DNA of 64,000 bases from Octopus sinensis. Taxonomy: Eukaryota. Each line of letters opens with the position of its first letter. The first letter of the stretch is position 1. Under the pieces are notes generated by a model. That model made no database searches. It was given only the letters and a program-made list of their open reading frames with translations, and was not told the DNA's origin. This document shows, in pieces, positions 12,401 through 25,800 of the stretch. The translations under genes and the position numbers were made by a program. The stretch lies in the NCBI RefSeq assembly GCF_006345805.1, contig NC_043007.1:40920001-40984000 (forward strand), written 5' to 3'.

Positions 12401-15400
12401 CGATGGAGTATCTAAAACTGTTTACTGAAAGTTCGCGTGATGTAATCAGGGTGTGATATATTTGTATGTATGTATGTGTGTATGTATGCATGAATTCATG
12501 CATGTATGTTTATGTGTAAGCTTTTGTATGTATTAGGTTGAGTAAAAAGTAAGCAACGTTTTGAACCTTGAAGAATTTGTACTGGATATTTGCAAAGTTT
12601 TTGATGTTTTAAACATTTCTTTGCATTTGTCCAATAATACAGACATAGAATGCCCAAATGCATCAATAAACTAACGTTGATTTTCTTTTCACCGTTGTTA
12701 CAATCTTCTGAAATGGAACTGTTAAAACGCGATATTCGCGTAATTTTGCTATTCAACTTCAAAAACAGACGTACAGCAGCTGAAACTGCTCATGATATCA
12801 ACGAAACGACAGGTGAGGAAATGACCAGTGAATAGTCAGCTTTAAAATGGTTTAAACGATTTCGCAGTGGAGACCTAAGCTTTGAAGATCATTAGTGTAG
12901 TGGACGCCCATTTGTCATCGATGATGGTCAATGAAAGACCGTCATTGAGAAAGATCCGCGTAAAACCACTCGATAAGTGAAAAAGTAACTTCGAGTTAGC
13001 CAGAAAACTGCCTGCAACCATTTGCATGTGATCGGAATATCAAAAGACTTTGACAAATGGGTATCACACAATTTGAATGAAAATCAGAAAATACGCAGAT
13101 ATGAAATTTGCTCGTCGCTTCTTCTCTGTAACCAGACCGACTCATTTCTCGATCGTATTGTGACTTGCGATGAAAAGTAGATTGTGTACAATAATATAAA
13201 ACGTTCTTCAAGAAGGTTATGTTGACTATTTGGTGATGTAACTGCTGGACTCATCCACTATAACTTCTTAAAACCAGGAAAAACCATTACTGCAGAAACA
13301 TATTGCCATGAGATTGCCAAAATGAATGAAAAACTACTACTCCCAGACTGGTCAAGAGAAGAGGGCCTATCAATCTTTATGACAATGCACGAGCACACGT
13401 TTCACTGATGACGCTCCAGAAGTTGAGGGAACTTGGCTACAAAGATCTTCCCCACCCAGCTTATTCTCCAGTCCTTTCTCCAACCGTCTACCACTTTTTC
13501 AAGCACCTTGATAGTTTCCTGTGAGAGGAGTTCAAAGATCAAACTAATTCTGAAAGTGCGTTCAAAGAGTTAATCAGCTCCAGAACCCCAGATTATTATG
13601 TTACCGGAATAAACAAACTTGTAACTCATTAGTAAAAATGTGTTAATTGTAATCGCACTTATTTTGATGAATAAAATTTCCGCATTGTTGAAATATATTA
13701 TGATGAATTTCATGTTTCAAAACTTTGCTTACATTTTATAATATTTGTTTGCTTGTCTAGCAATAACATCACTGTTTATCGACGAGTCTTTACGAAAACT
13801 TGTAGGGAGATTGAAGTGCTTGTCCACGCAGGATAAACCAACAAATGTTACATATTTCTTTATCTAAATTTTGCCTCTCTGCAGGTTCATGGAAGAATCT
13901 CTCCGATGGTTATTTGCAAATTCGAAAATAAAAGCTGCAGAGAAGATTATCAAAAAGGCAGCAAGACAAAACAAAATTGATTTTGATAATGTCTGGAGTT
14001 TAACTTTAAAAGATACCTCAAAACAACAAGCAGCTAGCCATGGAAACGAAGCAAGTCATGAGATCCGAAACCATGGAACAATCACGCCGATAGATGTCAC
14101 AGCGACCACAATTGTAGAGGATACACAACCAAACATTGAAAAGGAAACCTCTACACTTGCCAAGTTACTTACTGTCTTTAAATTATCCTATTTGAGGAAA
14201 ATTACCATCGTTGTGTCTATAGAATTGTAAGTTACATTTTCTTATTGTTGCTGATATTTTGACTCTTCTGATAAGGTGCATGTGTGTGTGTTTGTATGTG
14301 TGAGTGTGTGTTTGTATGTGTGTGTGTGTGTGTGTGCATGATGTGGGCATTATATACATGTATGTGTATGTATTATGTGTAATATATATATATATATATA
14401 TATATATACTTTATTTTAAGCAGCAGAAAATTCAACAAAATCTGTTACTCTGAGTTTCTCGTTGCCGTTCATCAGACAGTTTTTGCTAGATGGAACTGAT
14501 ATATCAATTCAATCTATACTCTTACAAACGCTACACCTTTAAAAAGAAATGGACTTGTTTGATTGGCCCTTTAGAAAAAACGGTCAATCTTCGAGCGATA
14601 AACAAAAAGGTCAGAAATATATGTATATATAAAAAACTTATAAAAATTATAAAAATTATAAAATCCGAGGAAAAAACCTATTGACGTTAATGAAGACAGT
14701 GCAAATTAGTGCATAGAAATTAAACCTGTTATAAATACTGCAATACATATTTATATTAAAATCTACATATATATATCAACATACACAAAAGGATGCGCAT
14801 AAACGCCATACATACATATACATACGTATGAATATAAATCTAAATATACACATAAAAGCATGTGTACATATATTCACGCAAACCGTCTCGCACGCAAGCT
14901 AAAATTCATCTATGTAGCAATTCTCATATACTGAGCAAGGAGGTGGAACGAAAGAAAGGGAAAGAGAGAAAAAAGGAACGAAGGAGGGGTGGGGAAAAAA
15001 ACGAAATATGAAAAAAATTTATGTATACAAGCAGTGTAACGATGTTATTGGCATCTATAGAGACCAGTATACATACACAAGTTTGAATGGATACATATAC
15101 ATACCGTCGTGTATATGTGTGCTTAAGCACAAACATACTTTCACTTACACATACACAGATACGCATGCTTACAAATACATATGCTTTGCTATACACATAC
15201 TTATATAAACATTCTAATTTTGATAACATTGCTTTTTTTAAAAACATTGCTTTTAAAAATGGGGCATTAATAAAAATATATACGAAAGACATATAAAATA
15301 AAATATAACATTCTATTTTGGGTCATTTATAAATAATCAAGGTAATATAAATAATCAAGGTAATCCTATGCAATACAATAACATGAAAACAAAGTTTGTA

Positions 15401-18400
15401 GGTTTTTCCTAATATATATGTAGAAACATAAGACTTTGCTTTACGGATTAAGATCCGCATAGCTTGGAAACAAAATCAAAATCCATCGTAGCGCTCAAGA
15501 GTCAAAATCAAAATCAAAAATACAAAATATATACTCTATCCATATGGTATATTTATATTCGACATTTTAAATTTAGCCGCGTGCCTACATAAGTTCATTA
15601 ACTCACTTCTTTGATTCAAAGAATTATTGTCTTTGAATAAGATGTACATTTTTTCTAATAGACAAAGTCTGCACTTGAAATTATTTTTGTAAGCTCCATG
15701 CCTGTATGGTGCCGCCCTGTCCAGAATGCTCCATGTCACGTTGAAAGGTGGGGCTTCCTTTTCTTTTAGTTCCCAGACATATTTTGCTAGGCTGGTTTTC
15801 TTCCTATTCTCTGGGTATTTAAATGAATTTTTATGAGAATAAAATCTTGTTTTAAATGAATTTTCTGAAGCCCCTGTGTATGTCTTGTATTCCGATGGCC
15901 TTCCACTTGCACCTTGGCTCTATAAACTACTCCTTTCACTAGACATTTCCCTTCTAACGGACAGGAGCTTTCGTTTTTGAAATTACATTTCTTAATGGGC
16001 TCGGCACCATGTCTAATCTCAATTAGCTTCCTATTATGTTGGCTAATAAATAATTTCAAGTGCAGACTTTGTCTATTAGAAAAAATGTACATCTTATTCA
16101 AAGACAATAATTCTTTGAATCAAAGAAGTGTGTTAATGAACTTATGTAGGCACGCGGCTAAATTTAAAATGTCGAATATAAATATACCATATGGATAGAG
16201 TATATATTTTGTATTTTTGATTTTTGATTTTGATTTTGACTCTTGAGCGCTACGATGGATTTTGATTTTTAATATAAATATGTATTGCAGTATTTATAAC
16301 AGGTTTAATTTCTATGCACTAATTTGCACTGTCTTCATTAACGTCAATAGGTTTTTTCCTCGGATTTTATAATTTTTATAATTTTTATAAGTTTTTTATA
16401 TATATATACATATATTTTTGACCTTTTTGTTTATAGCTCGAAGATTGACCGTTTTTTCTAAAGGGCCAATCAAACAAGTCCATTTCTTTTTAAAGGTGTA
16501 GCGTTTGTAAGAGTATAGATTGAATTGATATATCAGTTCCATTCTAGCAAAAACTGTCTGATGAACGGCAACGAGAAACTCAGAGTAACAGATTTTGTTG
16601 AATTTTCTGCTGCTTAAAATAAAGCATATTACTCTACCACTGGTATTTGAGTACTCTTTTTTCCACCTTGTTTCACATTTATGTGTTTACTCCGGTATAT
16701 ATATTATATATATTATAATATATATATATTATATATATATGTATATATGTATGTACAATAATTAAGGGTTTAGCAGCAAGTTGCTTGACGACATACCGAC
16801 AATTTTAGAAATAGTAGCCAAAAGACTGCTATTTCTTTTTTCTTCAAAATATTTCTCCACAGATAACAATATTTGTAACTCACATAGGCAAAAAGAAGAA
16901 AAATAATGAAATCAAACAGTCTCGTTGCTAAACCCTTAATTATTGTTATAATTATATATATAAAACTGTAGTTGTGTGAGTGTCTGTCCCCTTCGATTTA
17001 GATTCCTAACTACTCCCACATTTTGCGGTGCAGTTTAACCAAATTCGGGTATCTTATAGTCGTGATTCATATCGAGCCCGTCTGAGTATTAGCGCACGTC
17101 TACGATGAGTTTACGATTTTAAAAATAATTTAACATCATTTTTTATTCCATTTTAATGCATAATTTTTCGTGTGTCGATGGCGGCGGAGTTGGCGTCCTT
17201 GGTCACACTTGCGCCTGTTTGCTTCTCCCCCTTCTTCCCTCCCTCGTGAAGCTGTGGGGAAGGGAGTGTAAGGAAATCAACGTCGTAAAGCGTTGTCAAG
17301 GAGACCAGCATTCTTTTAGAACAACGACTTCATGGCTTGAAGACACCAAATCAGAAATGGCTAAGAAAGCCCGAATTGGCATCTATAAGGGAAGTAACTC
17401 TCTAAAAATGCTTATATAGTTATCTCCCTTACAAACCCGAGCAACGCCGGGCGATACTGCTAGTTATATATATAAAACTGTAGTTGTGTGAGTGTCTGTC
17501 CCCTTCGATTTAGATTCCTAACTACTCCCACATTTTGCGGTGCAGTTTAACCAAATTCGGGTATCTTATAGTCGTAATTCATATCGAGCCCGTCTGAGTA
17601 TTAGCGCACGTCTACGATGAGTCTACGATTTTAAAAATAATTTAACATCATTTTTTATTCCATTTTAATGCATAATTTTTCGTGTGTCGATGGCGGCGGA
17701 GTTGGCGTCCTTGGTCACACCTGCACCTGCTTGCTTCTCCCCCTTCTTCCCTCCCTCGTGAAGCTGTGGGGAAGGGAGTGTAAGGAAATCAACGTCGTAA
17801 AGCGTTGTCAAGGAGACCAGCATTCTTTTAGAACAACGACTTCATGGCTTGAAGACACCAAATCAGAAATGGCTAAGAAAGCCCGAATTGGCATCTATAA
17901 GGGAAGTAACTCTCTAAAAATGCTTATATAGTTATCTCCCTTACAAACCCGAGCAACGCCGGGCGATACTGCTAGTTATATATATAAAAAACTTTTTGTA
18001 TAACTTTTTACCGAATATGGTTCTTTTCCATACCGAAAACTACTTGGTAAAATTTGTTAATTTATTAAATTAATAACTTATTACCCTATATCTGTAATGA
18101 TTATATCTTTATATATAAAAGTGAAGTTGTGTGTCTGTCTCCTATGATTTAGATTCCTAACTACTCCCACATTTTGCAGTGCAGTTTAACCAAAAGCGCG
18201 TATCTTATAGTCGTGATTCATATCGAGCCCTTCTGGGTATTAGCGCGCGTCTACGATGAGTCTACGATTTAAAAAAATATTTACCATCATTTTTTCCCGT
18301 TTTTAATGCATTTTTTTTGCTATTATATAAGGGAAGTAACTCTCTAAAAATGCTTATATAGTTATTTCCCTTACAAATCCGAGCAACGCCGGGTGCTACT

Positions 18401-18873
18401 GCCAGTATATATATATATATATATCTTTTACTTGTTTCAGTCATTTGACTGTGGCCATGCTGGAGCACCGCCTTTTAGTCGAGCAAATCGACCCCAGGAC
18501 TTATTCTTTGTAAGCCTAGAACTTATTCTATCGGTCTCTTTTTGCCGAGCCGCTAGGTGACGGGGACGTAAACACACCAGCATCGGTTCTCAAGCAATGC
18601 TAGGGGGACAAACACAGACACACAAACACGCACACACACATATATACATACATATACATATATACAACAGGCTTTCAGTTTCCGTCTACCAAATCCACTC
18701 ACAAGGCATTGGTCGGCCCGAGGCTATAGCAGAAGACACTTGCCCTAGATGCCACGCAGTGGGACTGAACCCAGAACATGTGGTTGGTTGGCAAGCTACT
18801 TACTACACAGCCACTCCTGCGCCTATATATATATGTATGTATGCATGTATGTATGTATGAATGTATGTATATA

Positions 18874-18937
<64 letters not shown>

Positions 18938-18991
18938 AAAAAAAGGAACGAGGAGAATTTCGTTTATTCCCACGCGGTGAGCTGTAATGCA

Positions 18992-19046
<55 letters not shown>

Positions 19047-20030
19047 ATAAAAGAAGAAAAATGTACACGTTTAACATAGTTTTATTTTTTAATATATTTT
19101 ATAAGTGAAAGAGTATTGTATTTGTCGATCGGTTTCGCTTTTGATAGTCGTGACATTGAAATTATTGTATTTTCTTCAGAAGATTTTAGTCCATGTTGTG
19201 TTTGAAAAAGTTTGTGAATGAATGATTCAACAAGTAGAAAAATGTAAGGGGAGGTAACTGGTGATCGTTATTATTGGTAATTGCTCATCTTTCGGGGAGG
19301 GGATAAATATATATATACAAAAACTCAAAAGCTAAAGTAGTGAGATGAAATATATTCATGTATGTGATCATGAATAAAAATATATACTGAGACGTGTTCT
19401 CTACTTTTTGATGAACAAATTTTCTACATCTAAATGTTCTTGTACAGAAATTGTTTCCCTTGCACTGGTAGATGGGGAAAACTGTGATGTTTAGTTGTAT
19501 ATTACTTCAAAGGAATCTGTAATGCAGGAACCGTTTCTGTTCCTTATGTAGTGTGGTTCTCCGTCTCAGTGTCATACTTGTCTGACTTATATGGTTATGT
19601 CCACAACCTGAACAGATTATAACATAAATTAGATTCTGAGAAGCAGAAGTGAAGTTGGTTTGAATTATGAACCTCTCTCCTTGTTTGAATAGGAATTCTG
19701 AGCCTTCAAGTAGGTTAGGGCATGTTGTACAGATTGGGCATCCACATTTTTTAACCGTTGACATGTTCCACAGTTTGGACGTCCACATTTTTTTAACCGT
19801 TGGTTTCATGGTTGTTTTTTAAAGGTTCACATTTTTTACAAGTCTTTTCGGTGATGTGTGTTGCTTTTTGCATTTCATGAATTTATGTTTTCAGAATATT
19901 GTTCATTTTTGGATCCCTAGTAAGCATAGGCAGATCTATCTAAAACATACTTATATATTGTTATTAATATTAAGCAGAAGCAACAGAGTAACTCGACTGC
20001 CGAAACCATAAATACATATGTGCATGTGTG

Positions 20031-20071
<41 letters not shown>

Positions 20072-20740
20072 AAATATTAGGGAATAAATCCAAACTTACA
20101 GGGAAAAATCAGATTTAGGATTAAATCCAATTTTATAGTATAAATATATTATATTATATTAAATTAGAGATAAAACCACTATTAGGCAAATCAAACAATG
20201 AAAAACATAAGCCAATACATAAAATTAATTAATTTATATTATTTTAAATATATATCAAAAGTATTAAAAGTTTAATAAAAGATAAAGAGTAAAACACTAC
20301 GATCGTTTCATGGCTGTACAATTCGTAATAAATCGAGTTATGGTTACAGTCAATCTTCAGGTTAATTGAAATATCTAAAATATAATCAGAAATATTTAAA
20401 CAATATTTTTAAGATATAAATAATATAATAATTTTACTTATAATAAACTCTATTATCAAACTAGAAACATAAAACTTAACAATTATGATTATATCAAAAT
20501 CGACTATAATATTAAATATTAATTTTAATATATATATATATATATATATACATATATGTGTGTGTATGTATGTATGTATGTATTCTTTTATTATTCTACT
20601 TGTTTCAGTCATTTGACTGCAGCCAAATCGAACAAATCGACCCTAGGACTTATTCTTTGTAAGCCTAGTACTTATCTTATCGGTCTTTTTTGCCAAACCG
20701 CTAAGTAACGGGGACGTTCAGTCATATAATAATATAAATA

Positions 20741-20773
<33 letters not shown>

Positions 20774-22821
20774 TGCCGCATTATGTCGTACGCGAATGAG
20801 AGGATTTGCATCACCAACCAAGAATTTTTGATGTAACACATGTCCTTGTGGAAGTTGTTGTGCGCGGCTGAAGAAGGCCACAGACATACATTATGCATTG
20901 TTATAAATCTGTCTAATAAAAGCCCGAAACATATGTACCGCTGAATCCTTGGCATCATGTTTTTATTTTGATTATATATATATATATATAATAATAATAT
21001 AAATAATTTATATATATATGCATATATATATACATATATGTACATACCTGCGTATGTATGTATATATACATGCATAAATGTACAATACGTCAAAAAAACG
21101 TGAACAAAATGAGAAACGAGAACACCAAAAAAAAATCATAGAAAACAAACTTTTTTTCAAACAACGAAAGAAACACATGAGACAGGCAACATAAGGAACA
21201 TTCCCTTTATCGGTTGTCCCCTGTTTTATCTACTCCGCTTTTCGAAGGTAGGAACGTTTTTCCTTCTTATGTTGACGTTTCTCATTTTTTTCACATTTTT
21301 CTTTCTTTTTTGATGTCCTGTACCCATACATGCATTTATATATACATATTTATGTAGGTATATACATATATGTATGTATATATGCATATACATATATTAT
21401 TTATATTGTGTGTGTGTGTAAAATTACGCATGTATATGTATACCTAATTTTTGTTCTTTTATAGTGCAGTCAATATGACATCACTGACCAGTATAATACT
21501 AATGCTGGACACTCTGGTTGGAAGTGTTTACATCAACTCTATCATAATGTTTTTTGTTGATGGTATTTCCTCATTTATTTATACTACATTGGCTAAAAGG
21601 TAAGAGATTTACTTAATACTGCGTATGAGCAACAAAATGATAAAATCTGGACGATCACGCAAACTCACACACGCATACAAACACACTCATACACACAAAC
21701 ACAAATACATGCACGCATAGACTCACGACGTTTTGCGTTTTGATTTTTAGCTAAAACCGAATTTGAGGGATTCATTTGAATGCGAGAAGGATCGCCAAGC
21801 AAGAGCATTGATGTGAAGAAAGAAGTCAAGGCTGCAAAGGAAACGAAGGAAGCGAGTGAATAGTTTGAGAGGAAAAGAGATAGATATGTCTATTAGACAA
21901 CTACAACAACACAAGTGGAGGCGCAATGGCTCAGTGGTTAGAGCAGCAGACTCGTGGTCGTAAAAACGCGGTTTCGATTCCCAGACCGGGTATTGTGAAT
22001 ATTTATTGAGCAAAAACACCTAAGCTCCACTTATCCGGCGGGGAGAGGTGATGAACCCCACTCTACTCTTTCACCACAACTTTCTCTCACTCTTTCTTCC
22101 TACTTCTGCCACAAAGCAGAGGAACCATGGCGTAACCCACTATGGTGTGGTACACTTTCAGAACCCTAGCCACTATTTACGGAATGTGTATAACAACGTC
22201 GCTTTCGTGCGATTGTGCAACTGCCAGTCTATTGCATGTGGTGGGTGAATCTTCAAGTTGCCACAGGCATTCTTAGTAGCTTAGAGTAGGCTCGAATTAG
22301 AGATTATTCTTTGTGACTAATGGCGTGAGTCCTGATTGAAAGAAGAAGATTGTATGTGTGCAAATGAACTCGACACTACCAAAGCCTGTTTTTATTTCAT
22401 ATTTCAAAATCATTTTATGAATATCCGAATTAGTTATACGACACAGACTCCATGTAGTCTTCTGTAATAACAATTTTCTTCTGTTACGACTTTTCAGATG
22501 TAGTCTTCATTTTTGCGCTGAGGAGAGTGTTGATATGTAATTAAATAAAGGCGGCGAGCTGGCAGAAACGTTAGCACGCCGGGCGAAATGCTTAGCGGTA
22601 TTTCATCTGCGTTACGTTGTGAGTTCAAATTCCGCCGAGGTTGACTTTGCCTTTCATCCTTTCGGGGTCGATAAATTTAGTACCAGTTACGCACTGGGGT
22701 CGATGTAATCGACTTAATACCTATGTCTGTTCTTGCTTGTCCCCTCTGTGTTTAGCCCCTTGTGGGTAATAAAATAAATTGATATGTAATTAAATTAAGT
22801 TAATTATAATTATAATTAATT

Positions 22822-22872
<51 letters not shown>

Positions 22873-25800
22873 TACATACAAATCACATATAAACTTAAAT
22901 GTAGCTATGATGTCCCATTGGACGCTTATTCTTTATATGTATACGTACACATATATGCACGTTTTTTGTGCAGGTGCGTACATGGATATAGATATAGTGT
23001 CAGAGTTAAGGTGCTGAAAGGCATGTAGATGGGTATATTCCATCAATTAACCAGAAACAACCTTAAATAAAAATAAATCATGGTGACCAGTTGAATGTAG
23101 TGAGCTGGCAGAACCATAAGCTTGACGAAATGCTTAGTGGTATTTCGCCCAAAGCTAAGTTCGGGAGGTCGACTTTGCCTTTCATCCTTTCGAGGTCGAT
23201 AAATTATGTACCAGTATATCCTCCCTAGTCATTGGAGTGCGGCCAAGCTGAGACACATTTATAACAATATTAAACTGAAAGATCTTTTATATGCTCCCTA
23301 CGAAGAAAGTGAGTGTGTTTCTAAAATGCGCTGATCATATTATAGCAAAGATATATTTCATATTTTCAGTTATTTCTAATTTCGCTAGACTACATAACTC
23401 TATGTTGATTTGTTTTAGCTACACATTAAATTCTTGTTTCATTTTCTTAAGCAATTCGGTTTCGAACTCTAGGTACGAATCCAGGAAACGATTTGTTTCG
23501 TATGTATGTATGTATATATATACGAAACAAATCGTATATTCTGTAGTGTCTGGGGAGAGTCATTTTCTCTTTGTGCCTTATAATGTAACACAGTAACCAG
23601 TAAAATTTTCACTTATTCTTATTTCTAAATTTTTAGGAAAATAAAAATAAGAAATAAATGGAAATTTTACTGGTGAGTGTGTTACATTATAAGGCATACC
23701 CCCCCCCCCCCCGACACAACAGAATATGCTTCAACACGCGAACTCATATAAAGAATCTTGCAAACTAAATCCAAAAATGAATCGTGTGTATATATATATA
23801 TATATAAATATATATATACATATACTTTATTTTAAGCAGCAGAAAATTCAACAAAATCTGTTACTCTGAGTTTCTCGTTGCCGTTCATCAGACAGTTTTT
23901 GCTAGAATGGAACCGATATATCAATTCAATCTAGACTCTTACAAACGCTACACCTTTAAAAAGAAATGGACTTGTTTGATTGGCCCTTTAGAAAAAACGG
24001 TCAATCTTCGAGCGATAAACAAAAAGGTCAAAAATATATGTATATATATAAAAAAAAAAAAAACTTATAAAAATTATAAAATCCGAGGAAAAAACCTTAC
24101 ATTGAATAAAATACATATTGACGTTAATGAAGAAAGTGCAAATTAATGCATAGAAATTAAACCTGTTATAAATATTACACTGCAATACATATTTATATTA
24201 AAATCTACATATATATATCAACATACACAAAAGGATGCGCGTAAACGCCATACATATACAGACGTATGAATATAAATCTAAATATACACATAAATGCATG
24301 TGTACATATATTCACGCAAACCTTCTCGCACGCAAGCTAAAAATCATGTATGTAGCGATTCTCATATACTGAGTAAGGGGGGTGGACGAAAGAAAGGGAG
24401 AGAGAGAAAAAAGAAACGAAGGAGGGGTGGGGAAAAAAACGAAATAAGAAAAAATTATGTATACAAGCAGTGTAACGGCATTATTGGCATATATGGAGAC
24501 AAGTATACATACACAAGATACATATACATACAGTCGTGTATATGTGTGCTTAAGCACAAACATACTTTCACTTACACATACACAGATACGCATGCTTACA
24601 AATACATATGCTTTGCTATACACATACTTATATCAACATTCTAATTTTGACAACATTGCTTTTTTTAAAATTAAAAAAAAAAAAATAAACATTGCTTTTT
24701 AAAAATGGGTGCATTAATAAAAATATATACGAAAGACATATAAAATAAAATATAACATCCTATTTTGGGTCATTTATAAATAATCAAGGTAATATAAATA
24801 ATCAAGGTAATCCTATACAATACAATAACATGAAAACAAAGCTGGAGGTTTTTCCTAATATATATGTAGAAACATAAGACTTTGCTATACGGATTAAGAT
24901 CCGCATAGCTTGGAAACAAAATCCATCGTAGCGCTCATCGTTCAAGAGTCAAAATCAAAATCAAAAATACAAAATATATACTCTATCCATATGGTATATT
25001 TATATTCGACATTTTAAATTTAGCCGCGTGCCTACATAAGTTCATTAGCTCACTTCTTTGATTCAAAGAATTATTGTCTTTGAATAAGATGTACATTTTT
25101 TCTAATAGACAAAGCTTGCACTTGAAATTATTTTTGTATGCTCCATGCCTGTATGGTGCCGCCCTGTCCAGAATGCTCCATGTCACGTTGAAAGGTGGGG
25201 CTTCCTTTTCTTTTAGTTCCCAGACATATTTTGCTAGGCTGGTTTTCTTCCTATTCTCTGGGTATTTAAATGAATTTTTATGAGAATAAAATCTTGTTTT
25301 AAATGAATTTTCTGAAGCCCCTGTGTATGTCTTGTATTCCGATGAGCCTTCCACTTGCACCTTGGCTCTATAAACTACTCCTTTCACAAGACATTTCCCT
25401 TCTAACGGACAGGAGCTTTCGTTTTTGAAATTACATTTCTTAATGGGCTCGGCACCATGTCTAATCTCAATTAGCTTCCTATTATGTTGGCTAATGTAAG
25501 AGGCGAAATTTCTGCAACAAGAATAGCTAACCTTCAGGGTTCTTCTATTAAATATCCTATAGAATTTATGACCCTGCTTAAAATGCTTAGAGACTAATCT
25601 CAAAAATTCCTTACCTATATTAGTCTTTACGGCCAAATTGAAAGCCGGGTTGAACCACAAAACTTTCCTGGTCCTAGTTCTTCATGCAGCATTATTATCA
25701 GCATTAAGCTGGTTGAACTGGATCTTCTCAGAGAATCCACTATTCTTTAATGCACTATCGTAATAAGGTGCAGCATTATGGAATGCTGCCTCGTCCGAAG

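Larger units (their letters stand above)
14409..16696. mobile_element. 5'-truncated Penelope copy with inverted pLTR/EN arm (same family as 23822-28215)
   Basis: 14409-16047 matches 23822-25495. From 16048 the strand flips and re-copies the EN 3' end and pLTR. (TA)n flanks. Confidence 0.92.

Noticed and set aside
17156-17931. Duplicated 87-aa [14 protein letters not shown]...
   Set aside because: Falls inside the Helitron-like unit; no homology recognised
19120-19185. CTGAAGA...GAAAC on the minus strand downstream of the GIY-YIG fragment
   Set aside because: No valid NUH triplet or stem I pairing
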